Shown here piece by piece: positions 12,018-22,649 of a stretch of 26,080 bases of DNA. Each line of letters starts with the position of its first letter. Position 1 is the stretch's first letter. A program made the translations under genes and the position numbers. The stretch comes from Paraspadella gotoi (lineage: Eukaryota > Animalia > Chaetognatha), in assembly GCA_051294375.1 (NCBI GenBank), contig CM119270.1:6381295-6407374 (forward strand), read 5' to 3'. The notes beneath the pieces are model-generated. The model made no database searches and was not told the DNA's origin. It was given only the letters and a program-made list of their open reading frames with translations.

Positions 12018-12671
12018 TTATTTTACGCTTTCACAAGATCTGTCACAGAACTGACGCGAATTCTCATCCTTGAGTTTGAATATTTCAAAAATGTCCAATT
12101 CAAGTAAGTTATATCTTATAATCTCTACGTTTGCATGTATTGGTAACGTCAATTTTGATTTAAAGCTAACGTAAGAATTATCCGTTGCTTTTTTTGATAT
12201 CATCAAGACGATACGATTACTACTGAGTATATCTGAAAAATTAACTAATAAACGCAAAGGTTGATTTTCGTATTCTTCGCGCGAAACCTTGAAATTTCTT
12301 TGCGTTCGCTTGAGCAAAACCGCTGTCGTCGTCGTCCGTCGTCGTCGACGACGACCGTTGTCACAGACAGACGTCGAACCCTCGGCGACGTCGGAAGCGT
12401 TCAAAACGTCTGACGTCAACGTGGGCGTGCGAGGCCCACCTTGCAAACTCAAAGTGCTAAGGAACTTTTTTGTATTCGCAACTGTTTCAATAAAATGGTA
12501 TATAGGTGAATATCGACTGAGCTTTTTACAAAATGTAACAATAATCGAAAACTCGTTTTCGCTTTAGTCATACTATGTACAGATTCTTTTCTTGTATAAG
12601 CTAGAGTTTTTTGTGTCAGAATAAAATTGCTCTTTGATGCTCTTTTAACAGTTGGAAATTGGATCTTATTT
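12018..12671 (-). CDS. Probable coding exon of an unidentified protein (one frameshift needed near 12565)
   Basis: Strong minus-strand acceptor ttttttcctacag ending at 12672. A 181-codon stop-free, non-repetitive frame runs 12563->12021 (SENEFSIIVTFCKKLSRY...LTLPIHANVEIIRYNLLELDIFEIFKLKDENSRQFCDRSCESVK), which is unusual in AT-rich DNA. Confidence 0.5.
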
Positions 12672-13557
12672 CTGTAGGAAAAAAATAAAAATTCAAAAGT
12701 TGACCTTTTTTCTCGCGATAACACATAATTTAATTTAATACTTTTTAGCAATCCAAGTTAAAAAACAAACCCTAGTGGGGAGGAAGGTTTTGTAAGAGTG
12801 TCGAGGAGGACCAAGAAGAGAAGAAGAGGAGGTGTGTGTGCACGCGGTCGTGTTCTAGATTATATTTGGGTCAAAACGGTGTCAGGGATTCTGAAAATGA
12901 GGCGATTGGTGGTTGCTTTTTAAGGAGGGAAGAATGGGGGGGGAAGAAGGGAAGAAGGGAAAGAAGGGAATTTGTATTTCAGCTTTTCTGGAAGTTTACT
13001 TTTTGGTGTGAAGGAGCGTGAGTTTCTTGGTCACGTAGATGAAAACAAGACGGTTAGATTCAATGTGTTGAGCCACAGTGACTGCCTTTATTCGGCGTTA
13101 TATTTTCTCGTGCAATGACGCCTGACATGGACGAGAACATGACATGACGTGATATGACTTCAACCTGACATAACAGTGCCTTCATGACTATACAATAACC
13201 TTCTTCGCCCGGTGTATTTATGACCTGCAACTGGCTTCAAACATTTCCCGGTTGGTGGATCGTTCATTGCGCGATGGGCGTTTCAATGTGTAGGAGTGTG
13301 TGATGGGATAGGCGTGCCGCTATGCGTCTGGTGTATCTGTAGCTGAGAGGATGATTTGCAGGGTGGTCGGGAGGGGTCGTGAGCTGGATTCCGAGGACTT
13401 GTTTCCGCGCCTATTCGCAATTGGAAAGGGCAGTTCCCGAAGCCGCCCCTTTGATCCTTTTGGCGGTCCGTCGAAGGGGCGTTGGCAAGGACCTCCGATG
13501 AATGAAAACGTCGATTTCATTCGGGGCACCTAGAGGCCGCGCTGGGTGGATTTCTCT

Positions 13558-13924
13558 TCCCAACGATCTCCGCAGATTCCGTTGAGGATTAGAGAGGCCT
13601 TCGACGAAGCACTTGAGCAGGTGTTCGCAAAACGAAGACTTCTAATGTATTGAACTAAGTTCGGAGAAGTGGCTGTCCTTGAATTCTAACTGACTGGGCT
13701 AATTCTGCGCATTGAAGACGCAGGTGGAATCGGTTAAAAATGGCGCAGAAGAAGACGATGGCGCCGGTCCAAAACGCCCCTGGGAGATGATGATCGACAA
13801 AGTCTCGGTAAGATGACGTCGGCTAAGGCCGGAAAGGACGACGATCTACGAAGCCCAGGACTTGACAATGTAGATGTAAGTCTGTAAAGTAGTTGTAGCT
13901 TGATTGTAGTCGTAGTTAGAAGTC
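13558..13924 (-). CDS. Error-corrupted exon, possibly a CD20/MS4A-like multi-pass membrane protein
   Basis: Acceptor gttttgttattctttgccag. Segments in shifting frames: QVLGFV / IVVLSGL / ADVIL, GAFWTGAIVFFCAIF, LKCFV / KASLILNGICG. Several frameshifts are required. Confidence 0.3.
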
Positions 13925-15494
13925 CTGGCAAAGAATAACAAAACATTTATCACAAACTCAGAAATATATATAAATTTTAAAGTGTCTTCTTACTGTTTTC
14001 TGAAGCCAATAATATAACATAGAGATGCTCTCTCATAGAAAAGTCACACCAAACCAGCGATCAACACAAAAAATAAGATTCCGAGATATCTGAATAAGAG
14101 TTTCTCCATGCTCTGAAAAGAACTAAAAACCCAGTGCAACTTTGAGATCTGAAGATGCCAACGTGGCCAGAATTCCGATAAGAATCTTAATCGAAATCCA
14201 TCGAAATCACGGGCACCCCAAATCAAGAATCAGCTGTACACTGGGCCTTCGAATTTCGTACTTAAGTATAAAAACAAAAGAAAGAGCCTAAAGATGCGTG
14301 TCATCGCTAGAAATGGGAAACGGCATTTTCATGTCCAGTAATAAAGAGCAAAAGAGCAACGGGGAAAAGGTAAGAAAGCTGGATTTCCCTCGAAATAATA
14401 AAGATAGGTTATTTCGTAACAACTAAATATTATGTTGTAAAAATCATGGCTTATAAATTTAAAACATGAGACGTGGCGAATTAACAATCACTAGCTGAAA
14501 CATTGATTCGATACGTAGAATAATCAAACATTAAAAACAGAAGCAATAAAAAAAAAAAATGGCAATCTAAAAACTGAATAAAACCTTAAATAAAAACGTC
14601 CGTCCGTAAAAAAGCGAGAGTATATAGATGGGTGGTCCCGCTGTCCCTTCATCAGCGCCCCCACCGGTTTCGTCAACATGGGCAAGACTTGGAAGATGCA
14701 TCCACAAGTCGTGGTTGATATCTAATGCATCGAGCTCATCGTCGAAGACAAAGCACGCTCCGCGGCTGCAAAACAGGACGTCGCAGGAAATTTGCATCGT
14801 TGCCCCGCGGCTTTCCGCTTAAAAATTTTTTCCGCGTGGGAGGAGGAAAGGAGATTTGCCGTCGCATCCACGGTCCCGTCGTTTTCCACATGAATGAAAG
14901 ACCAAAGAACGAAAAGACACAAGAAAGGCCTTTTTTACTGTCGAGGAACTAGTTAGTGCAGCCTGCCTCGCCAGCGGTAAATTCTTTCTCCGTCCTATGA
15001 CCGTCGCGCCAATTACTGGGGGAGACTGCCGTCAAACTCCCTCGTTCCGCCGGAAGTGGGCGCGGCCGCATCCAGCCGCCTTTGGTGTTGCCCCGTCGTG
15101 AGTGACGCCAAGACCCTTTGTCGTGAGGGGTGTCAAGCCTCTTTGTCACCGCCTCCGTCAAGTTGTCGGCACAAGTCCATCGAAAAGTGCTGTGGTTGGT
15201 CGAAGTGTGGGACTCCCAAGGATCTATTGTCCCAGTGGACAAGACGTCATGATCTGCTTACAAATGGTGGACAAGACGTGACTGAGTTACAAACATGTCT
15301 CGATGTCCCCGTAAAAAGGCCGTTTGGGACGGGCTGGAAGTCTCTCTGGACTGGTCTCTCTAATGAAACGTGAAAGGTAAAGAGCATGAAAGTAGCACAC
15401 AGATAGGCTTGAAGTAGACAAAAATGTTAGAAAACGAATCATGATGAGTAAAATAACAAATGAGCAACGGCATTCTCTCAACAAAACGAAATTG

Positions 15495-17464
15495 ACAAAT
15501 TTAGTTTTTAACATCTTGGGAGATATAATATCTATTGTCGCGTCCCTATACCAGTTTTGATTAAATGTGTTCGTATCGTTCCTTTCTTTTCGTTGCTATT
15601 AATATTGGAGTTACAAAGTTGTAGAGATTTTTATTTCATTTACGTGTTTACAATTAAGTTTTCGAAAACATGTTAAAAAATTTCCAGCGCCATTTCAGGC
15701 CAGATTCTTGCCTATTAGAACTAACTGTTATGCTGTTCGGGTCATCTTGTGACGTTAGCCTTTTTTTTCTGTGAGAAGAAGAAAGTCAATTTGGTGAATA
15801 GAATGAGAACAAAGTGATTGCGAAAACAAAACTGAAATTTCGAATGAAAGCAACAAAACAGTAAAAAAAAGAAAAAGGGTTTTTTTTTGGGGAAAAAAAA
15901 AACAAAAAACGAAGAATAAGAAAAAGTGAGAAAAAAAAACTCGTAATGGAAAGAAATTCCAATCCGAAACGCGTTTTCTCTTCTCATTTTCCTCAGGTTG
16001 AACGCGAAAGAAATGAATAATTCAAGAGAGAGAGAGCAGAGAGAGAGAAGAGAGAAGAGAGAGAGATGAGAGAGAGAAGATGAAGATCAGCTTTCCTCTC
16101 CCCCAAAAAAAGTCACAAGGTCGCCATTTTTCCAAACCTCTAACGAAATAGCATGCAACGATGATGAGGGTAATTTTTTAACGACTCTCTCTCTCTCTCT
16201 CTCACTCTCTCTGCGATACCATAAATTTACCTTTTTTAAACGTAAGGGTGACCCTCCCCTAGGAAAAAAACCGCAGCGGTCACCCGCTTCAATGAGACGA
16301 TGAGAACCAGGTGATTCAAGAAATTCTCTGCATTTTTTAAATTTTTTTTTCAACGTTGAACTTTCTTTGTATTTAGAATGCCAATTATTGTTGCGTCCGA
16401 ATTAATCTTTTTGGTTCATAAAGCATTTGCGCAACTGCTTGCCTTACGATCACGCCTCGGTCTACATTAGTTGCCTATTGCCTAAAGGCATACTAATAAT
16501 GCTTCATAACATTAATGCCTTTAATACATATTTTTTTTTCTTTTTCGCCTTTACATCCTCGCATTTTAATTTTCCTTTTTAACCCTAAATATTTTCATCT
16601 TAATATCTTTCTTTTCACACCTCGTCATTTTTCGTAATCGATCTTTCCATCGCTTCTCTCATTCCCTCACTCTCTCCTCTCTCTCCTCTTCCTCTCATAC
16701 TCCTTTATCTTTTTTCAACTCTTTCCCCCCACTCCTTTCTCACTTCTTAATCCTTCATGACTAATTTCCTTCTCACAGCTTCCTCCCTCCTAACCCAAAC
16801 CTACTGCCCTTTCCCTTCCTCCCTCCTTCCCTATTCCTCCTCCGCTTCTTTTCCCCCTTTTCTACTTCCCTTCCTCTCACTTCTCCCCTTTTCTTTCCAC
16901 CTCCAACCCTCCTCTCCTCCTCCCCTCCACCTCTGCTTCTTTTCTCCCTTTCTTTCCTCCTCCTTCCTCCTCTCCCCTCCCTTCCCCTCTTTTTCTTTTC
17001 TTCCTTCCTCCTCCACTCTCCTCCTCGCCCTCTCCTCCTCTTCTTCTCTCCTTTAGAAAAGTCGCGATTCGCCTTCGACGAAAAAGAATTTAAACGGAAC
17101 TTTTGGACCGAAAACGTTACTTCGTCGTTAAGACCAGAAACAGTGTATTCGGACAGTGGAATACGTTTATGACTTTATTTCTATGATGGTGTCTTTAATT
17201 TAACTTAAATTTTAAGTACAAATATATTGCCTAAAAATTTGTTTTTAAAGTTCGTTTATATACAAATATCCGTTTTTAATTGTATATATAGACATTTTAT
17301 CCAAAATTTATTGAAATCCAGCAACGGTTCCTCCTGTAGAAAAGATAATTTAGGAGGAAAAGAAAAGAAAAAAAAAAGAAAAACAGGAAAAAAAAATTGT
17401 TTCGTAGAAAAATTAATAAGATGACGATGGAACTTCGGGATTGGAAGAAGAGAGAGAGAGGAAG

Positions 17465-17539
<75 letters not shown>

Positions 17540-18184
17540 TGGAATAGCAGTGAACCATTTTCTTTTCTTCGAAAGATTCTATTCAATAATTTTAAGCTGA
17601 TTGGATCTAATCTTGAACGAAAACTCAGTATGTCCTTAGCGACATCTATGGTGATTCAACCGTGGACGAAGAGATAAAGTAATAGGCGCCGGCAAATGAT
17701 CCTAAACGGTGCCGGCGATAAACTATGGCGCCGGCAATGATCCTACGGTGCGTCGATGAACTTTGGCGCCGGCAATGATCCTACGGTGCCGGCGATGAAC
17801 TTATGGTGCCGGCGATGAACTTAATGGTGCCGGCCCGATGGAAACAACCGTTCGGATGGAAGAAACATTTTGACGAGACTAAAAAACTAATCAAGGAATG
17901 ATTTGGTGGAATCTGACGATGATGGTTCTGTGAACGTGGAGAGGGGGGGAGAGGGGGAGAGGGGGGAGAGGGGGGAGGAGGAAGACAGGGTGAGGAAGTG
18001 GGGGAGGATTTGGAGTAAAAGGTTTCCAAGTTTGGGAGATATTAGCGGCAAATGTGAAGATACTTTCTTGTCAAATATTTTTCTTTTCGTTTTCATTTGT
18101 AAATTGGTCCGAAATCTCGATCTCTCCTATTAGTTTCTGAGTTTGCAATCTCTTTTCTCTCTCTCTCATCCTCTCCTCTCTCTC

Positions 18185-18216
<32 letters not shown>

Positions 18217-18553
18217 CTCTCTCTCGTCTCTCTCTCTCTTCTCTCTCTCTCTCTCCCTCCCTTCTTTCTTTCATTTCATTCTCTTTCCTCCCTTCCTCTT
18301 TTTCCTCCCTCCCTTTCCTCCATTCTTCAAAAAAGGTAACAACCGAAGTCAGACATTCGCGAATTTTTAATTCCGCCTAACGACCCGAAAAAGAGGAAAG
18401 AAAAGAAAAAAAAAAGGAAGAAAAAAAACAAAAAAAGAATGCAAATTTTGTTTCGTCCCAGAAAAACGGAAAGAACAGAGGTGAAGTGAAAGACGAAAGG
18501 ATAAAGGAATATTAGTAAATCGGACAAAAAAATTTAAATAAGGGAGAGAGAAA
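15495..18553 (+). repeat. Copy 2 of the duplication of ~1889-5292
   Basis: Colinear match. The ORFs at 4889 and 18143 have identical translations over about 64 residues. Confidence 0.95.
17685..17834. repeat. ~20-21 bp minisatellite, about 7 units (second copy)
   Basis: ggcgccggcaatgatcctac / ggtgccggcgatgaacttat units. Confidence 0.85.
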
Positions 18554-18681
18554 AAAATAATGCGAAGCAGGGCAAGGTAAAACAAGAGAGGTTTAGTTGG
18601 TGTTATAATTATAAATATTGCAATATAAATTGCGTATTTGAAATGATTAAAAATTTTCATCTTCTCATATTCTGTCTGTCC

Positions 18682-18748
<67 letters not shown>

Positions 18749-18775
18749 TCTTCTCTCTCTCTGAAAACCCATAAG

Positions 18776-18960
18776 CCCTGAAAAAGCACTAATTACGAAG
18801 GTTCCTCCTAAAACAACTACTAAAGCGAAACTCTTAAAAGCCCAAAACGCTGACGTAATTAAAAGTTTGACGCCAAAACTTTAGAATTGGCCGGCGACTG
18901 CGAGGACGTCCATAACAACAACAACATTACCTCAAAATTGTGGATAGAGCAGGTTTATGC
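18776..18960 (+). CDS. Exon A of a pogo/Tigger DDE_1-like (transposase-derived) gene; 5' boundary uncertain
   Basis: PEKALITKVPPKTTTKAKLLKAQNADVI, then after one homopolymer frameshift at ~18862, KFDAKTLELAGDCEDVHNNNNITSKLWIEQVYA. The donor GC|GTAAGC at 18960/18961 avoids an immediate in-frame TAA. Confidence 0.5.
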
Positions 18961-19075
18961 GTAAGCGGGTTTTAGGTTCAGGGCTCGAGTCCAAATGAAG
19001 AAACATTTTTTCTTTAAATATGCAATTTCTAATGTAATATTTTTTTTTGTTTTTCGATATTCCTTTTTCCTATAG

Positions 19076-19453
19076 AGATTTCAAACTCGGCAACTCGATT
19101 AGGGAGGACCCAGGTTCTATCCTTGTCATTAACACAAGATGTTTCTGAGGTTTCTTTCAAAGATCTATTTAGAAACAACAACGGCGGAAGAAGCGCTGCA
19201 ATTGACGCTCCGCACGGTCTGCCCTCTGCAATGCTGGATTGTGGAAAATAAAGCTCCACGAGTGCCAGGTATGATCACTCTCACTAAAGCCGCTGGGTTT
19301 TGTTCAGATTTTCGTCAAGCTGGACATTGCTGGACATTTCGTCAAGCTGGACATTGCCCCAAAAATTAGACGGAAGTGTCTTTCTGCAATTCCGGAGAGA
19401 ATGATCTAAAATCGAGAGCATTGTAAAATCTGAACCCGTCAAACAGTGAAGAG
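19076..19453 (+). CDS. Exon B of the pogo/Tigger DDE_1-like gene (internal frameshifts/stops: sequencing error or pseudogenisation)
   Basis: Branch-like ctaat plus pyrimidine tract plus TAG acceptor (19075), and a consensus donor GAG|GTAAGT (19453). The phase-2 junction with exon A reads ...EQVYA-DFKLGNSIREDPGSILVINTRCF. Later segments EVSFKDLFRNNN..AAIDAPHGL, PLQ / LD / VENKA, CLSAIPERMI..HCKI and NPSNSEE follow the order of pogo DDE_1 motifs. Confidence 0.55.
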
Positions 19454-19478
19454 GTAAGTAGAGTGATTTCATTGGTTC

Positions 19479-19538
19479 ACGGCGACGCGTCACTTAACGT
19501 TTCACGGCGCCGTGAAACGGTGAGTGAAGCGGCGCCGT
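19479..19538. repeat. 60-bp near-perfect palindrome (22-bp perfect core CGTTTCACGGCGCCGTGAAACG at 19498-19519)
   Basis: Hand pairing gives 26 of 30 Watson-Crick pairs, one G-T pair and 3 mismatches, with no spacer. Confidence 0.95.
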
Positions 19539-19713
19539 TTGCATGATTTCTCGCTTATTTTTGTCTCTTTTTCGTCCTTCGAAGGAAATTTAAGGGGGGA
19601 GGGGAAGGGTAGGGGAACAGAGGTAGGAAATGGGGTCACGGGACTGAAGTGGGAAAGGGGGAGCGTAATTTTGAGAATTTTCACCTTTTAAGTTGCGCCT
19701 GTTTTTGTTTCAG

Positions 19714-19721
19714 GACAAGAG

Positions 19722-19761
<40 letters not shown>

Positions 19762-19845
19762 TTTCCTAAACAAACTAATGATCCTGAGAAGGGAAAACCC
19801 GAGACGAAAAGTCGAAAGGTGAATTTCGCCCTCGCGGTTTCATGA
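19714..19845 (+). CDS. Exon C (terminal) of the pogo-like gene
   Basis: Acceptor gtttttgtttcag (19713). The phase-0 frame stays open through a (GA)n tract: DKRNRERERERERERVFPKQTNDPEKGKPETKSRKVNFALAVS* (TGA 19843-19845). AATAAA lies at 19996-20001. Confidence 0.45.
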
Positions 19846-19926
19846 CGTCCTTGTTGACGCGGCTGTTGACGTGACTGTTGACGTGGCAGATTACGTCAAT
19901 ATTGACGCGGCTGTTGACGCGGCTTT
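19843..19926. repeat. 12-bp tandem repeat (TGACGYGGCTGT), 7 units
   Basis: tgacgtccttgt tgacgcggctgt tgacgtgactgt tgacgtggcaga ttacgtcaatat tgacgcggctgt tgacgcggcttt. Confidence 0.9.
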
Positions 19927-19995
19927 TGAATACCCTGTTTAGATACCCTGTTTATTATATTTTTTATAAACGAAAACTCTTTATTCTCTTAAAGG

Positions 19996-20001
19996 AATAA
20001 A
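19996..20001 (+). promoter_or_regulatory. Candidate polyadenylation signal AATAAA
   Basis: About 150 nt downstream of the stop of exon C. The hexamer is common in AT-rich DNA. Confidence 0.3.
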
Positions 20002-20445
20002 TTGCCCTACCTTTTCAATTAAAGGAACAAACTTGGGCAAGCTCAATCACCTACTCTTTTAGACATAATGTGACTGTAACCACTGCATCACGCATTCGTG
20101 TTTTTAAGAAGAAATAAAAATTTCCTTCTCTTCTTGCTTCTCATTTCAACGTTTACCCCATTAAAAATCTGCGTTATAATTCCCAACCCCTTTTTCATGT
20201 GGGAGGCCAGGGGGCCAGGGGCCTGGGGTTTTTTCTCCTCTCATATTTCTTGCTCCCTTTGTCCTTCCTCCTCCCTCCTCCTCCACCAACCACTTAAATT
20301 CACGTTTTATCATCCGGGATTTTTTTCTTTTTCCTTCTTTTTTAATGTCTTTCTTTTCTTTTTTTTTATTTCTTTTTCTTTCGCTCATTTGATTTATCGC
20401 CGATTTTTAATTGGAACCCGAACGACGAATCGACCGCGCGATAGC

Positions 20446-20483
<38 letters not shown>

Positions 20484-20684
20484 CTCCTGTATAAAGAAAA
20501 GGTACCCTCACCAATTAATCTTATCTCTAGAGATTAAGATATTCAATATTAGCATATCTCTCTCGGACGAAAATAGCCAAGGCATTGATCGAGTAGGTTT
20601 CTTGTGCAAAGTGAAAAAAAAGAAAGAAATAGGGAAAGAAAGAAAGAATTATAGAAAAAAGAAAAGAATTAAGAAAATAGTATA

Positions 20685-21020
20685 AAGAAAGAAAAAGAAA
20701 CGAACGAACGAAAGAAGAAAGACAAGCAAAGAAAGAAAGAAAGAAAGAAAGAAAAAGAAAGAAAGAAAGAGAAGAAGAAAAGAAAGAAGAAAGAAAAAGA
20801 AAGAAAGAAAGAAAAAAAAGAAAGAAAGAAAGTAAAAGACAAAGCAGTGACAATAATTTTTTTTTTAAAGAATAAAGAAAGAATGTTGTAGAAATCTCCG
20901 GAATCCCCGAGAGTTGAAGGCACAAAAAGAGATTCGAAATGAAAGAAAGAAGAAAGAAAGAAAAGAAAAAAGAAAGAAAGCAAGAATAAAGAAAGAAAGA
21001 AAGAAAGAAAGAAATACAGA
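20685..21020. repeat. Degenerate (AAAG)n microsatellite region
   Basis: Direct read. Confidence 0.9.
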
Positions 21021-21155
21021 TAGAAAGAGAGACTTAAAAAAAGAAAGATTAAAAAAAAATAAGAAACCTTATTCAGCAAATGAGATCTTTTTTTTTAAAT
21101 GAAAGTAAGCCTTTCAAAAAAAAATCTTAAAAAAAAATTAAGAGACTCGGAATAT

Positions 21156-21545
21156 TCATGAAGTTTTTTTTGGGGTCGAAAAGGCGAAGGATTTTTTGCG
21201 GCGACGGAGAAGGAAGAAGAAGAGAAGATGGAGAAAGGGGAAGGAATTGATGGGAAAGGGGAAGGAGGTGATGGGTTTAGGGGGGATTGATGTGGTACAG
21301 AGGGCTCTGGCTGCCGAAATGGCTGCGCCTCTGGAGACGACGTCTTTGGCTAAACTGGCGCCTGTCGGCTCAGGCGCCTTCGGTGGCGGAAGTAGCGTCG
21401 GCGGTGGGGGCCTTGGAGTCGGCGGCGGCGGCTGCGGCGGCTGCGGCAGCAGCGGCGAATGCTGCGTCATCGTTAGAGTTAGCGGCAACGCATATTTGTT
21501 ATTGTCCTTAAAGTTTTTTACCTCGTGACAATTTGGATGTCAAAC
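21156..21545 (-). CDS. Possible low-complexity (Pro/Ala-rich) coding exon
   Basis: GC-rich island with (GCC/GCA)n triplets. The minus frame HPNCHEVKNFKDNNKYALPLTLTMTQHSPLLPQPPQPPPP...DVVSRGAAISAARALCTTSIPPKP is open. Strand and frame are not certain. Confidence 0.3.
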
Positions 21546-21746
21546 GCGACGAAGATGATGATGACAACGACGACGAAGTCGATGGTGATAAAAAAAAACC
21601 CAGTTATTCTCCTTTTAATTATATTACGATATGATTATGAAGAATTTAATTCTTAAAGAAGGTAGCTTAGAATTAAATCTCACATCAGGCCGGATTATTA
21701 TTTCCCGAATTTCATTATAAATTACAAAGGAAACACAAAAGGATTT

Positions 21747-21750
<4 letters not shown>

Positions 21751-21801
<51 letters not shown>
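21751..21801. repeat. Perfect (AG)n microsatellite
   Basis: Direct read. Confidence 0.95.
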
Positions 21802-21804
<3 letters not shown>

Positions 21805-22649
21805 GGCTTTGCCTGACATGAGTTAAGACTTAAGTCGGCGACGTTAGAAACCTGCCCTCAGACTAGCTCGGGCTCTTCTTCTTACTTAATATATAATATG
21901 AATATGATCTTTTAATCCTATTCTAATCCTAATCCTCTCCGAATTTAAATTAAAATTTGAGATAAGATTTTAAGTAAAAGAAATTAAACAGTGTTTTAGA
22001 TTGATGAACAAAGTATGTACAAAGAGCGATTGTTAAATTAAAATTAATGAAAAAACAATAAAAAATTAAATTACAATCCGCTCAAATGAACATTAACATA
22101 ACAATATTTGGATCCCTCTGGCCTCCCTCGACGAGCTACGAGGGAGAGGAAGCGACGAATCCCGACGCCACTCAGAATTCTTAATACATTTTTTTTTTCA
22201 TTTCCCTTTTTTATTAATATTATTAGTATTTATATAAGCGGAAAGAAGATTCGGTTCTTTTGTCTTTTTGTTCGGCGTCGAACCCGAAGGGAGACTTTAA
22301 AGGTCGTTGGGGTCGGAGCCCAAATGCGTAAATGACAAAAAAAAAAGGAAAAGAAAAAAAAGGGAAAAAAGGGCGGGAAGGGGAGATTTAAGGGGAGAGG
22401 AAGGGTCAATGAATTCGTTTGCGAAAATTAAAGAAGCTTTGGTGGCTTTTTTAGGGTTAAACCGACTTTATAGGCCAACGCGGATTTCCTGAGGAAGAGT
22501 GGGAAGGTGGGCAAAAAATAATATAATGTTGGATAATTATTACTTAAAACTATTTATACATGTTCAATTTGTTATAACTTTTGATTGACGGTCAATAATA
22601 TTACAGTATACAATAACCTTTAATGTTTAAACATTGTATCGATCCTTTG

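Noticed and set aside
13115-13190. Degenerate (TGACA/TGACG)n pentamer run
   Set aside because: An ordinary decayed microsatellite.
14600-15370. GC-richer stretch with several overlapping 60-105 aa ORFs
   Set aside because: No consistent frame, splice signals or recognisable motif; it cannot be assigned to an exon or a transposon.
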